Part shown: positions 38,662 through 50,486 of the stretch, one piece after another | How the letters are laid out: each line of letters opens with the position of its first letter | Position numbering within the stretch: position 1 is the stretch's first letter | From: Pelomyxa schiedti | Lineage: Eukaryota > Protista > Evosea | NCBI GenBank assembly: GCA_020536535.1 | Contig: JAHLWZ010000851.1 | Location: forward strand, 1-64,000 | Length of the DNA: 64,000 nucleotides | Direction: 5' to 3' | Notes under the pieces: generated by a model | The model's input: the letters and a program-made list of their open reading frames with translations, nothing else | Database searches by the model: none | What the model was told of the DNA's origin: nothing | Made by a program: the position numbers and the translations under genes

Positions 38662-40914
38662 ATGTCGGAGCGAGGACGCGGGAGCTGGCAGCCAAGGCCG
38701 AGAGGGTCACCCGTCGCCAGGGGAGGCAGCTGGTCCCCAAGGGGCGCAGGCTCGCATGCCAGAGGGCGCGGCGGGCGGGGCGGCGCGTCCCCGGCGCGTG
38801 GCGGGGCGTGGTCGCCCAGGGGCGCGACTCCAAGGGGGCGCGGGAGAGGGGGGTTCGGCAGCCCCCGCGGGGGAGCGTGGGGAAGCCCCAGGGGAGGAGC
38901 AGGAGGAGGAGGCGGCGGCAGTAGGTCGTTTTCCAGCAGCGGCTACGAGGAGGAGTACGTATCGAACGAAGGGGGCGGAGCGACTCGCAACACGGCGGCA
39001 ACGACGACGACTACGACCGCCGCGGCCAACGCGAGGGCTGCCCACGACTGGGACGCGACCAGGCTTGCGGGGTCCAAGAGGCCGCCGTCGCGGGTGCCTG
39101 CTCAGGAGACCGAGGGCTCGGGGCTGGCGGCTGCGAAGAGGCTCAAGCCGTCGTCGTCCGCATCGTCCGGCGACTCCGCGGATTCCGCGAACCCGGCTGC
39201 GGTAGCGCGAACAAGGGGAAACGCGAAAAAGCCGAGGCCTGCGAAGCAGGAGGAGCGCATCAAGATACTTCCCGAGGAAGATACTATCGCCAAGTCGAAA
39301 CCGCCCAAGCCAATAGTGACAGCTTCTGTGCTGAAGGGACTGGAAGAGGCCATGGAAGGGTTTGAGGACGACGGGCTGGAGGGCCAATCCGGCGGCCCTG
39401 ATGACAAGGAAGCCGAGGAAGAGGAGGACATTGAACCTATTTCGAAGGCCCTTGGTAAACCTCCAGTTATGGTGAGCAACCTTTTGGGCATACTTGAAAC
39501 TTGATATGATGTATACTGACTTTTTTTTTTTTTTTTTGAAGCTGTCCCGCATCCCTTTCATTAAACCAAATATGAGTGATGGGGATTACATTGCCATTGG
39601 GAACTGGCAGTTCATATTACCTTATACAAGGACGTGCTGGTTCAAGGCCACCGAAGAAGCCTCTATCCCGCGACTATTTTCCAACGCCTTTGGTTTCAGT
39701 GCAGATGATTGGGTACACAACACACACTGCAGTTCTTACCATAACATATCATGAGTCAGTAGAACTAGCAAAAAACGGCTCAGTTCTTGTAAATGACAAG
39801 CCACGCGAACTAAGCGACAACGTGAGAAAGGGGGATGTTGTATCTTACAGGTTGGATTGCTTTTCCTTTTCATTTCCCAACATATTTAGTGTGCATTTCC
39901 ATGAAGTACCCGTTTCTGCCGATAAACCAATTCTAGTGAAGGAAACGAACTCATTTTGGATGATAGATAAGCCAGCTTGTGTTGGTGTATGTGAAATTAT
40001 CAGCCACCTTAAATGTGTCACCGGCCATTTATCTATCATTACAGGCAAACAGCACTATTTCCTTCGTTTTCAATAGTCTCGATTTCCTGTTCAAGAAAAT
40101 GTTGAAGATCGAGTCCGATCCAATTTGTAGCCATCATTTCGTCATTTCTGCGTCAGAAGTAATTTGTTTGCAGATGATGTATTCTGTGAGCCCAAATTCT
40201 CCGGAATTTCCCTGATTGCAAAAACGCTGGAGGCTCGTGATGTTATGAGAGAACACCTTTCAAGCTTCAGCTTTGTTGTCATAGCTCGTGTTGTTGGCTC
40301 ATTTCCACCGTATCATACATGCTCCTCTAAAACAAATAAGTGTCGCGGCGTAGAATACTAAATGTGTTATTCTTTCAGGAGAACTTTTGCGATGCACGGG
40401 ACTCCAAAAACTGGCTTTCAGTTCTGCAAAGAATCCGACCCAGATGCATCTGTAATCACTCTAATTGAAGAAAGTACGAAGAGTCACACCAGCCTTGTTC
40501 GGCTCCAATGTCAAGGACCGTACTTCCTTGAGCGGTTCCAATATGCCGGTATATCATCCCCTATTCAAACTACCGTTTAGCAGCGAATCAAACTCACGTA
40601 AACCCACAGGATACCCCGTTGCCAATGCTGCTGAATACGGCGGATCAAAGGATTTCACATACAAGAAGGACCCACATGACATCAAAGTGCTGGAAGAGGT
40701 TTGCGACGAGTACTTTGCACACCTTGGGGAGATGGAAAAGCTAGAACCGGCCAGGTGCGAGTACTGCCGGACTCGCACACTCCCATCATTGCCTCCAATG
40801 CCCCTGATGATTCATGTAACCTCATGCATTCTGGAGGGAGTTTTTTCATGCAAATCGGTCATGGACCTACCATACTGGGCCAGACACAAAAGTAAAAAGC
40901 CCCACCGCCACTGA
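38662..40914 (+). CDS. RluA/RPUSD2-like pseudouridine synthase homologue with N-terminal RGG box; catalytic motif degenerate
   Basis: ILPYTRTCWFKA, S4-like GSVLVNDK..VRKGDVV, HFHEVPV, IDKPACVG, IARVVGSFP, GYPVANAAEYG. The HRLD position reads VFCE. Confidence 0.75.
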
Positions 40915-41040
40915 GCAATGAATGCTTAGTTCCAAAAAAGAAAAAAAAAAGCGCTTGATTCAAAAAAGTTGTGGAATTGCTTTTTTTTTTGACTCTATAA
41001 GAACACCCAAGAAACAAGCGTTGGTTTGTTGGAAGTAGTA

Positions 41041-44000
41041 TTACAGTCGGTTGCCTCGTTTTTGTGAGAGGACTTGCATTGCTTGGATGATTTCCTTCAC
41101 TGTAGTGGGTGGCGTACCACTGCCGGCCGTGCAGGCATTTACAGCTGTAGAGGGAGTTAATTGGGGTTGGGAGTTTCTGGGAAATATACCTGGGGGTGTG
41201 TCTGCTGATGTTTTCAAAAACACGGGTTTGAGCATTGCTCTGCTGGCAACTTTTGGAGGCTCTGTGTCTGGTGCGGGACTGGGGGTAGTGGTTGTAGAAG
41301 TAGGGTTGGTGGGTTTCGAGCGGGAGACTGGTTTCAGTTTAACCTCTATCTTGGGAGCAACAGAGGGTTGGACTTTCGGGGCAGCGGTGGTGGAAGTTGC
41401 TGAGTGGGAAGGCTTTGAACCAGGAACCAGTTCGGTCTCCGTTTCAGTACTTTTCCCTTCCTTTTTGACAACATCTTCCCTCTTCGGTGGCGTTGGTGGT
41501 TTTTCGTCTATCTTTGTTGGTGCGTCAGTTGATTGTTGGCCAACTCGCTGTTCAAGACTCGGTTCTTGGCACTTTCCATGGTCTCTATCTTCCTGCTCTT
41601 CGCAGTGCTTTACAGTCTCCTCTTCCTGTGAAACTTTCTTGTGATGCCGCCCAGGTTCTTTTCTGATTGCTATATCCGGTTCAGGGGGAATGGCATCATT
41701 TTTCCCTGTTCCAGTCTTCTCACTGTGCATCTGAGTAGTATTTTCACACTGGCGATCCACACTGGATTTGCTATTGACAAAGGTATTTTCGGTGTGGTCA
41801 TCGGCTTCTTTTTGGTGCTTCATACACGTTTCACTTGCCAAGGTGGCCTCTGCTGTCACTGGCACCTCACTTTGTTTCATACAGGAGGGATCTTCAATCA
41901 CACTACTATGTTTCCCCTCCCTTTGTTGGACTGACCCTTCCCCCCATAGTCTCACAACTAACCTGCCTTGCTCTATCCATACAGCGTGGTCATCAATCGC
42001 ACACTTAAAAGGCAATGGTACAGTCAAGGAGAAAGGTCCCCCACGTAAACCAGGACTGGAAGAGAACAGCTCCAATGTGTCTTTTGTGTGCACAATATCC
42101 CCAAAGGATTGCTCTGGGCGTGTTGTTCCAGATATTGTTAAATAGTGGGCTGCTGTAGGTGTAGAAACAGGACTTCCAGAAGGTGGAAGGGCATTGATTG
42201 ATAAGACCACGCTCTTAGAATCCACACTGAAGCACATGACAACGATGTAGGCAATGTTTTTCTCTGGATTCGCCAGAACAGCATAATTGGGTTGGCTGCA
42301 GGGTACTATTGTAGCGGAGCGAAGGGCTCTTGTGGGGGCAATCCAAGTGGTCTTATGTGATTCTGAGGAAAATTGTTAAAGAGGAAAAAGTACCTGTCTC
42401 TGAGGTAAGACACTGCTCTGTCCTTCTCGGCTTGGAGTAGTCGATGAAGCCAAACTTGAGTTTGGTAACGCAGAATTAGCCGGCGTGGGCGCGGGAGACA
42501 GTGAGGGAGAGGGTGATGGTGATGGCGACGGTGACAGCGAGGGAGAGGGAGGGTGCGTAAGGCAGGATTTATGTTGGGAGGCTACAGTAGCAGTTTCTGG
42601 TGATGCGCTGGTCCCCTCGGAGACTGTGCCCGAATGGGGGTCGCCTGGGGTATCAGTTGCTGGGGATGCTTGTATTATTGACGAAGAGTGCAAATTCTTT
42701 GGGGGGTCTCCCTTGGAAGGAGTTTTTGAATCAATTACTTTTTTTTTCTCTTCTTGTTCCTAAAACGGTTAAGGATACCGGCTTGCATTATTAGAAGTAC
42801 CGTTATATCAAGAAACTCCATGCAAAATTTGCATACTCGCACTGCTTCTTCTCCAATATGAGGCAGTACTCGCTTCAAGTGGCAACACTTCCCACACATA
42901 ATCTTCCCACAGTTTCTGCAGTGGTGCTAGGCATGCTCAGTCTAAGTAAGAGTTGATAGCCATACCCTCCGTTTGATTACGTTAAAGTGATGCCCACATA
43001 TCATACAAATTAGAGACTTTTTATCTTGAACCCACACTGGGGCCTGCGTTGCATCCACTGCAGCACCTTGAGTTATAATCTGACTGGTACCTATAAGTCA
43101 GTGTCAGTCTCTTGAGAAAATGTGACATCGAGTACCGACTCCCCTGGCACCAATGAGAATCTCATTGAAATCCAGTAGCCACCCTTTTGTCTGTGTTGGG
43201 AGATATGGCTTAAGCAGCTTTCTTACCGTCTTTTTCTGTGTGCTCTTCAGCATATACAGTGAAAGCCTTCCCTTGGGCAATAATCTGGAATGGGTACTTG
43301 GCAAACTCACAGGATGGTGAGGGTTCCTCATTTGCAATTGGAATAACTTTGAGTTTCTCCTTTGAAACAGGAAACGAACGATGAAGTAAAAACGCCATTT
43401 TCTCCGATTGTACCACTGGTGCCCCGTACATAAGGAAATCGGAAAATAGCCAGAAATACCTTGGAATATAAGAAACTGGAAGATAAAAAAAAGGAGAACC
43501 TTTTCTTATCAGTTTTACGGCATTCTTTGTACAAGTAACCTTCCCTTATAAAAAGGTGATCAGAAAGAATCTGTGCCTTCATTTCAGGAGATAGCTTTAT
43601 AAAAGACTTCTCGATTTCCATCAGTTTGGCTCGGTTTTGCTCTTGTTTAATGCTCACATTCACTGACTAAAGAACGTTGATATAGTTGCTTTTGTTTTTG
43701 TGGTAATTTAAAACAAATTTAAAATAGCTAAGACTCACTGCTGTGAGGCATTCCAAATCACGGCACACTTGAGAGAGTCCAGAGGAGTCTGGATGCCCTG
43801 CAGGAGTTGCTTTTAAGTATTCCTATGAATAAAATGAGTTCTATATTGAAGTATTCTTTAGAATACCTTGATCAATAGTGTGTAGCGAGGGATCCTCTTT
43901 AAAGACTATCAAAGATAGAAAATGTGTTTTAAAAAAAAACCTGAATTGGAGTGATTAAGTAAGCAGCCAAATCCTTAGACTCACTTATAGGTTTAGCTTT

Positions 44001-45070
44001 TACACCCTAGCAAGTGTTAGCTACAACTTGGACAGCAAAAAAATAAAGGCGAGCGGCTCTGAACCTCAATGAAAGTCGTGAAAGTTTTGGACTTCTCACT
44101 GAGAGTGTAAAGGGTTTGCACAGACTTGTCATAATTTTGAATGTACGGTGTAAAGACCTCTGATATAGGAGAAACCTTATGCTTGTTACAACTACTTGCC
44201 GAATAATTCCCCGCCATCCCAAGGTAAGTATACTCACAAAAGGGGAAAAGACTTGGGAGAGGCAAGACTCAGGAGTCCAGTTTGTATTGTACTGATTTAA
44301 GGCATCGCACAGACTGGAAGAGACCTTCTCAATCTCGGTGATATTAAAAAAAATGACTGGTATCAGAGCCGATCTAATGATTGCAGAATTGGCTTCTTTG
44401 ATGGGTGTAAGGTACTCCTGGGTGAGTTTAGTGAAAGGAGATGGGCTTTGAGGGGATACATTGACGAGGACGTTCAAGCCCCTCAAGAATGTCTTTTCTG
44501 TCAAGTACAACTCTTCTAGCACTCTCTGTCGTTGGCCATCTGGGCCCGGCAAGTATTCCCTCTTACAAATTGTGGCCGATGCTGAACGCACTGGACTGGG
44601 GCTCCCACCACCAGGTGGAATGTTCCCCGAGGAACCGTTGCTACCGTTACTATTCATGCTCCCAGTTGACACACAGTGCGTTAAAATTCCTGTGCTGCCA
44701 CTTGCAGAACTTCCATCCGCTGGACAGTCGTTTTCTGTAGTGTCCTGTGTGAGAAGAAAAAGAAATAAAAAAATAAAAAGTAACGAAAACCTTCTGTTGA
44801 AGGAGCTGCGGTGGTACCTCCATTTCTTGGTGATGCCAAAACAATGGGTGGTGGGGATTGTGGGGGCGACGGCGGAACTTTTTGTGGCGACGGAGGCGGA
44901 GACGTCGTTGGGGGAGCTGGGGGTTTCACCGCGAGAGGCGGAGGCTGCGGATCTCCGTACGAAGGGTCTTCTCCATCCGTAAGTGCTTGTTTCGGCAATG
45001 TGCGTTGCTGGTCCGCCACTTGTGCCGCGTCGACTGCGTCGGTGCCGTTATCCAGAGTGAGATCCTGCAT
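41041..45070 (-). CDS. FGD/frabin-type RhoGEF (DH-PH-FYVE) with long C-terminal region
   Basis: DH: RVLEELYLTEKTFLRGL, YLITPIQ|RIPRYTLLIK, ATPAGHPD. PH: FIREGYLYK. FYVE: WVQD..CMICGHHF..KRR|HHCRNCGKIMCGKC..RVCKFC. Confidence 0.92.
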
Positions 45071-45207
45071 TACTTAACGTTTGTGGGTTTTTTTAATTTA
45101 TCTCCGAACCGGGAAATTCTTTAACAATGTGTCAATCAAATATTTTTATCGATCGGTCGCGGAATTGCGATGTTACGGGGAAAATGTTGAAGTTGGTGTC
45201 TGGAGAT

Positions 45208-46664
45208 CTAGATCTGGTCAGGATCTGCTCCTCCTGTGTGGTGTTGTTGTTCTGCAATCAATGCTTTGCTAGCGGATACGAGAGCGTGGCGGTGAGATCT
45301 CTTATTCACGCCTATCGACTTGAGTGTGGATTTGTCGAGCCGGTGTTGCTTGATGTGTTGCGGCGTGATATGTTGAAGAGTGAATAGCGGAAGATACTGT
45401 AACAACGGTTGGCCGGATCTCTCACTGACACCTCGTAACCATTCTTCAAGGTCTGTTGCTGTTTTTTTGTTTTTGGTGAGTGTGAACCTGGAGAGTCTTT
45501 TTTTTTTTTTTTTTTTTTTGTTTAAACAAAAAAAAAAAAAAAAAAGAAAAAGGGAAAACTAACCAGGTATAGAACTGTAGTCGGGATCGGCTGGTGTAGC
45601 TTGCCTTCTCTATGTGCGATTTTAGCTCTCAATGAATTTACGGTGTAACGCTAACGGTACATTTTCCTTTGAACTGGAACTGCGCGCATCGTTGGAATTT
45701 GGCATATTTGACTTCTCTGATATTGAATCTGAATTTCTCGTGTAAAGGGAGCCACCTCTAGTTGTTGTGGTGTCTGGCTCCTGGAATAAGGGCAGCGGTT
45801 TCCGTTGTGATTTAGTCTTCATTGCTACATGATCAGTGCAACGACAGATGGAAGGCTGCATACACATTGTTGCTGATTTTACTATTTGTTGCAATTCCAA
45901 GCTGGCGTTTGTTGAAGAGGAAATATCTGCCGCTTTCAGTTTGGCACACAGGGAGTCTCCTTTCTTCATCCTAAGAGTCGCATAGGGCTGCCCAAGAAGT
46001 GCTTTTGCATGCCTTTCTTCATCTCTTGCTTCTTTCAGTTGAAGATCTTAAGCATTTGAGATGTGAATGGTACTAGTACCGGACTAAAAGTGCCCCAAAC
46101 AAACCTAGGTTTGATAGAATGTCAGATCTTCTTCTAGATACATCCTGTTCGGCTCGGGCGTGTGGCGAACTCAAATCTGCTACTTGGAAGGAAAGACTGC
46201 ATCAACTAGAAAAATACCTGCACTCTGGTCATTGACGTTGTTCCTAGAGGTACTGGTGCTTTGGCTTTCAACTTAAAGCAGGTCAGAAAGGAGCGTGGAC
46301 AATTTCAGAACTACGTGATGTTGTGTCTGTGATTTTGAAGTGTCTGCTGCAATGTGGACAGCACACCACCGTCTCTGAGAAAGGCCTTTCTACATTGAGG
46401 ACTGAAACGTATGGCATGTTACCAAAAGGGAACCGGGACTACGCAAGAAAACACAAAAAAAAAAAAAAACGGTACGTACATACTATCGGCATGTCAAATA
46501 GCGAAGAATTGCTGCTAGATGTTGTTGTATTGGAGCGACCCTCGCCCGAGTTGGCGAGTATGTCAGCGACCATTGCTAGAACGTCAGAAGAAGCCTGTGT
46601 GACATGGTTTAGCCGTGTGTTACGTATGGTCCTGAACCCCACAGTAACAACTAACTACCTTCAT
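45208..46664 (-). CDS. Coiled-coil protein with C-terminal SAM domain (5' end approximate)
   Basis: Last exon DLEEWLRGV..LLQYLPLFTLQHI..LDKSTLKSIGVNKRSHRHALVSA fits the SAM consensus. It is linked to upstream exons by GT-AG introns. Confidence 0.65.
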
Positions 46665-46781
46665 CCACCACCAGACTGTTTTTGCTTATTGGTTTCTTCG
46701 AACCCGAATCGTCACGGAAGAAAAACCATTTAAAGAAGAGTGTATTTTCCCTAAACGTACATACAACTTGTTGCCATCTCA

Positions 46782-47513
46782 TCAATAATTCAGCCTGGTG
46801 TAGAGCCTCCACGTTGTGTGTACTCGGCCGCTCGGCTTATCTACAATAGCACCCCCGCTTCCGTCGACGAGACTGAGAGCCTGCTGCGGAAACGGCAGGG
46901 TGACAGTCTCCCACCCAAGGGGAACAAACCCAAACCTTTGGTGCAAAGTGTCGCTGGCCGTGTTGTGTATGGGTTTGTGAATGACCCTTGTTATTGTTCT
47001 GCGGTAGTTGTTGCGAGCAGCCCACAGCAGGCCGGCGTCGAGCAGGGCCCGGGCGACGCCGGCGCCCCTGGCCGCAGGCGAGACGCCAAGCAGCGGGACG
47101 TAGGCGGTCTCGCACACGCAGTCCAGGCTGCTGCCCGTGACAAACGCCTGCCTGTCGCGCGCCACGCTGGCCTCGGAGAAGAACCTGCCAACGTCGAAGG
47201 CCTCGCCGCCGTCGTCGTCGAAGGCCAGGGCGGCGGCGGGGCCGCCCACGTCCCTGACGTGCTGCGAGAAGGGGTGCACGGTGAGGAACCCGACCAGCGC
47301 CGATGTGGCAGAGTCGACGGCTACGAGGACGGCGCAGCGGTCGCCAGAGTCTTGGCGTCGAATCAGTGCGGTGAGGGACTCGGCAGTGCTGAGCAGAATC
47401 AGGAACCCGGTCGCGGGAGTGACCCCCGGGGCACCTATTTGGGTTGCCCGGTTGATCTCAATGATGCTGGGCACGTCTGACTCCCTTGCTGTTCTGACAT
47501 TGCAGTGAGGCAT
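46782..47513 (-). CDS. GNAT family N-acetyltransferase, intronless
   Basis: VRTARESDVPSIIEI, LVGF, motif A LGVSPAARGAGVARALL, NTASDTLHQRFGF. Confidence 0.9.
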   Translation of the reverse strand: MPHCNVRTARESDVPSIIEINRATQIGAPGVTPATGFLILLSTAESLTALIRRQDSGDRCAVLVAVDSATSALVGFLTVHPFSQHVRDVGGPAAALAFDDDGGEAFDVGRFFSEASVARDRQAFVTGSSLDCVCETAYVPLLGVSPAARGAGVARALLDAGLLWAARNNYRRTITRVIHKPIHNTASDTLHQRFGFVPLGWETVTLPFPQQALSLVDGSGGAIVDKPSGRVHTTWRLYTRLNY

Positions 47514-48051
47514 TCTTTTTCTTTTTTGTTTGAAACAACAGATTGTTCATTAATCAGGTGAGAGGACGAATTTAAAAGGCTAACAGGCAACTTGCGTAGG
47601 AGTGAGGTCGAGGAGATGTTTGGGTTTGGAGAACCTGGCACGACAGCTAAAAAAATGGATTGTAACTCCCCAAGGCGGTCTGATGAAGTCACACGTGCCA
47701 AACATGTCCTCAGTACCCACCCGAAGTTGCCTGGTTTGGGGAACGGACGCCATCTTCTATCTTCTCTGTACGCGTGGTCGTCGGGGTTACTGTAATGGCG
47801 AAATATAGTTCTCGATTCCTTGGAGAATTCGCGAAGTACTTTCCAGTTAAATCTCCCCCTTGCTTATGAGGAAGTCCGGACTACTCAATCTTCCCAAAAT
47901 GCCTGTTGTCGGAACCGAAGCAGGAGAATGTGGACGAAGCAGATTACCCGCATCCGATGTGAAATTCCGAGGGTTCATAATAAGCAAGCACTTTTTAACA
48001 CCCCACAACCAACAATCTCTTTTCAAAGCAGAAAAAAAAACCCGGGGGTCA

Positions 48052-50260
48052 ATGACAACAGTCAAAGAGTCAGCCGCTGAGGCAGAGAGACCGCTCTCCC
48101 CTCAGTCTTTTTGCACCCCTGGTCCGGTAATCTCGATTCTTGTGAGGGAGGACATCCACCCAAGAAAACTAGCGCAGGTCAGTCAGTCTTTCCACACGGC
48201 TTTTTTCCCTGTGCCTGGCAATCGAACAAACGAATAGTTTCTAATCGTTTTTATAAAGGTAACGCTCAAGTTAAACCGCACATTACGTCTTCAAGCAGCA
48301 ATTTCGGAGCGAGAGGTTTTCAAGCAGGCGTTGTGTGCCGAGTTTCGTACAGCAGGAAGTCTAAAAAGTGCCCGTCCCTTCATATACTTTATAATACACT
48401 TATTTCCTCTTTGCAGAGGCTCAGTGCTGGAGATGCAACCCCGAGACAGGAATAGTGGGGAGATTGTCAATAGACGACCACGAGGCACACTACGAAGGCA
48501 GCACCGACACCGAAGTGTACTGCCTCAAACTCAAATCCATTTGCACATCATCCAGACTTCACATGAAATCAGCGGCTGTTCTCATTATCCCGGGTTTGGC
48601 AGGTCACAACAAAAGCAATCCGTTCAACTTGCGATCCCGCCCAAAAAGTACAGACTTTCCTCTCTTCACCTTCCACTAAAACACCTTGTGTTTGTGCACA
48701 GTGCGAGGCGGTCAGATTTGTCACGACCCAGTGGAAACAACGAAGAACAGCGGAAGCAACGATAACACCCCAGCACCGGTTACAACACCTTCATCAAGTT
48801 CTGCGGACGAATTGTCTGGCCCAGCGACTCCCCAGTTCCCTCTCACAATACCACCCCCATCCACTCCAGCCGTAACTTCGACTTCGACTCCAACGCCAAC
48901 TCTGGGTCAATTGCTGTCGAATTTCCCAGTGCTCTTCGGTTCATTTGGATTCCAGAACTCCACCGATTCGAACCTGTCTGCCACACCACCAACGCGAGAT
49001 AATTCCCCGCTGCTTCACAACAGGTATTCCCCTTCTACACCGGGGAATACTTCCCCCTCGCGAAATACACTGAGCAACCCCTTCCCATTCCTCCCACCGC
49101 AACTTACAACAAATACTTCGCTTCCACTTCCACCACCCCCATCTCCATCCCAATCTCTGTCGCCATCGTCACCCCCTCCACACGGAGTTCTCAATCTCTT
49201 CATAAATTCCCAGAACATTGCCAATGCTCGTCCGCCAAGTACCTCTCACCGCCATTCGCCGACCGTAACTTCTCCATCACAATGCACTTCGACCTCAGTC
49301 CAGACATCTACACCAACACGAGACTTCATACAGCTGCTTTCATCACAACTGAACGCAAGCCCCTCGAACATCACGAATTCCGGACGAACTTATTGCCTCC
49401 CAGGGACTCTTCCGGAGCGCCCGGTCCCCAAGGACAACTCCTCGAATTATGTAACTGATCAGTCAACGCACAACCACATTCAGGATAACCCCGCCTCAAA
49501 CCTAACGAGTCCACCATCAAGTTCAATCGCACAACTTCAAAATACCCTCACATTCAATTCAGCCTCTTCACCCTTATCGGCAAGCCTTCTCAATTTTTGC
49601 AGTTGGAGTTCCGGTTTGCCGATGTTTCCCCTTGACTTCACCTCTCCCGCTTTCCCACAACAAAACACACAACCCCAAAGCACATGGGCTGTGCCAGTAA
49701 AATCATCAGAGACTTCTTCTTTTGAGAGCGAACCAAAAAGACCCAGAATTTCCCAACCTTCGTCCCCCCAAACCACCACCGCCCCTGAAACTCCTCAGGT
49801 TCCGCATATATCGTTCCAAGCTCAGCCCTCCCTGTGCGGAGATATAAGTGCGTGCTCTACTCCTAAGCGCCTTTAAAATTGGGTGGGTATCCAAAAGCTA
49901 AACGCACACTCAGATGGCCAATTACTCATTTCCGTCAAGATAATCCAAGCCGTTGTTCCGTACGACCGAATACCCTTTGCCGATAAATGGAGAAGCAGCA
50001 TGGTCCAGTACGGGCAGGCCCAGTGTGCCAAGAAAGGCGTGATAGAGAAGGCAGTCATAGTCTCCGTCAGAATGGACGACGAGAGGGCAGAGAGACTGAC
50101 CACGTGGGTGAACGTGAGCAACTTTCCCTCGCTGTACCGCGCCTCCCAGTCACTTGTCACTTGGCTGGACTACATGTCCAACACAGTGCCCAACCCCCCC
50201 AGCTTTGACTTTGTCGGCTCAGGCATGGCCAGCTGCGTTGCCTTTGTGACCAATTGGTGA
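48052..50260 (+). CDS. Putative transcription-factor-like protein: N-terminal Cys/His globular domain, ~380-aa S/P/T-rich linker, small C-terminal domain
   Basis: Spliced N-domain ...EAQCWRC...LKSICTSSRLHMK...PFNLRSRPK. Intron 49848-49913 joins the S/P/T exon in frame to GQLLISVKIIQ...FVTNW*. Confidence 0.6.
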
Positions 50261-50486
50261 CCCCAATTGGGGACATTGTCAATGACTGGGGCGGGACTGG
50301 GTTCACTTGGCAGGCATGTGCTTTTGTCATTTGAGTGTGAATTACAATTTTTGGCAACACAAGCTTTTTATTTATTTACTAGAACAGCGTGTCGTGGGTT
50401 TTTTTCCCCTGTGGCGTCTCCTTACCGGTCGTAGATCTCACATTCTTTTAATTTAAAACTACAAAGCAAAGTTGCAACAAAGAACG

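Noticed and set aside
38630-39561. Long overlapping antisense or alternative-frame ORFs here and at 46.8-47.5, 52.9-53.7 and 58.3-59.3 kb
   Set aside because: Shadow ORFs expected in GC-rich or low-complexity coding sequence; no domain signatures.
40045-40172. Possible GC-AG intron in the RluA-like gene
   Set aside because: Two canonical GT-AG introns flanking an extra exon (ANSTISFVFNSLDFLFKK..) explain the region and align better.
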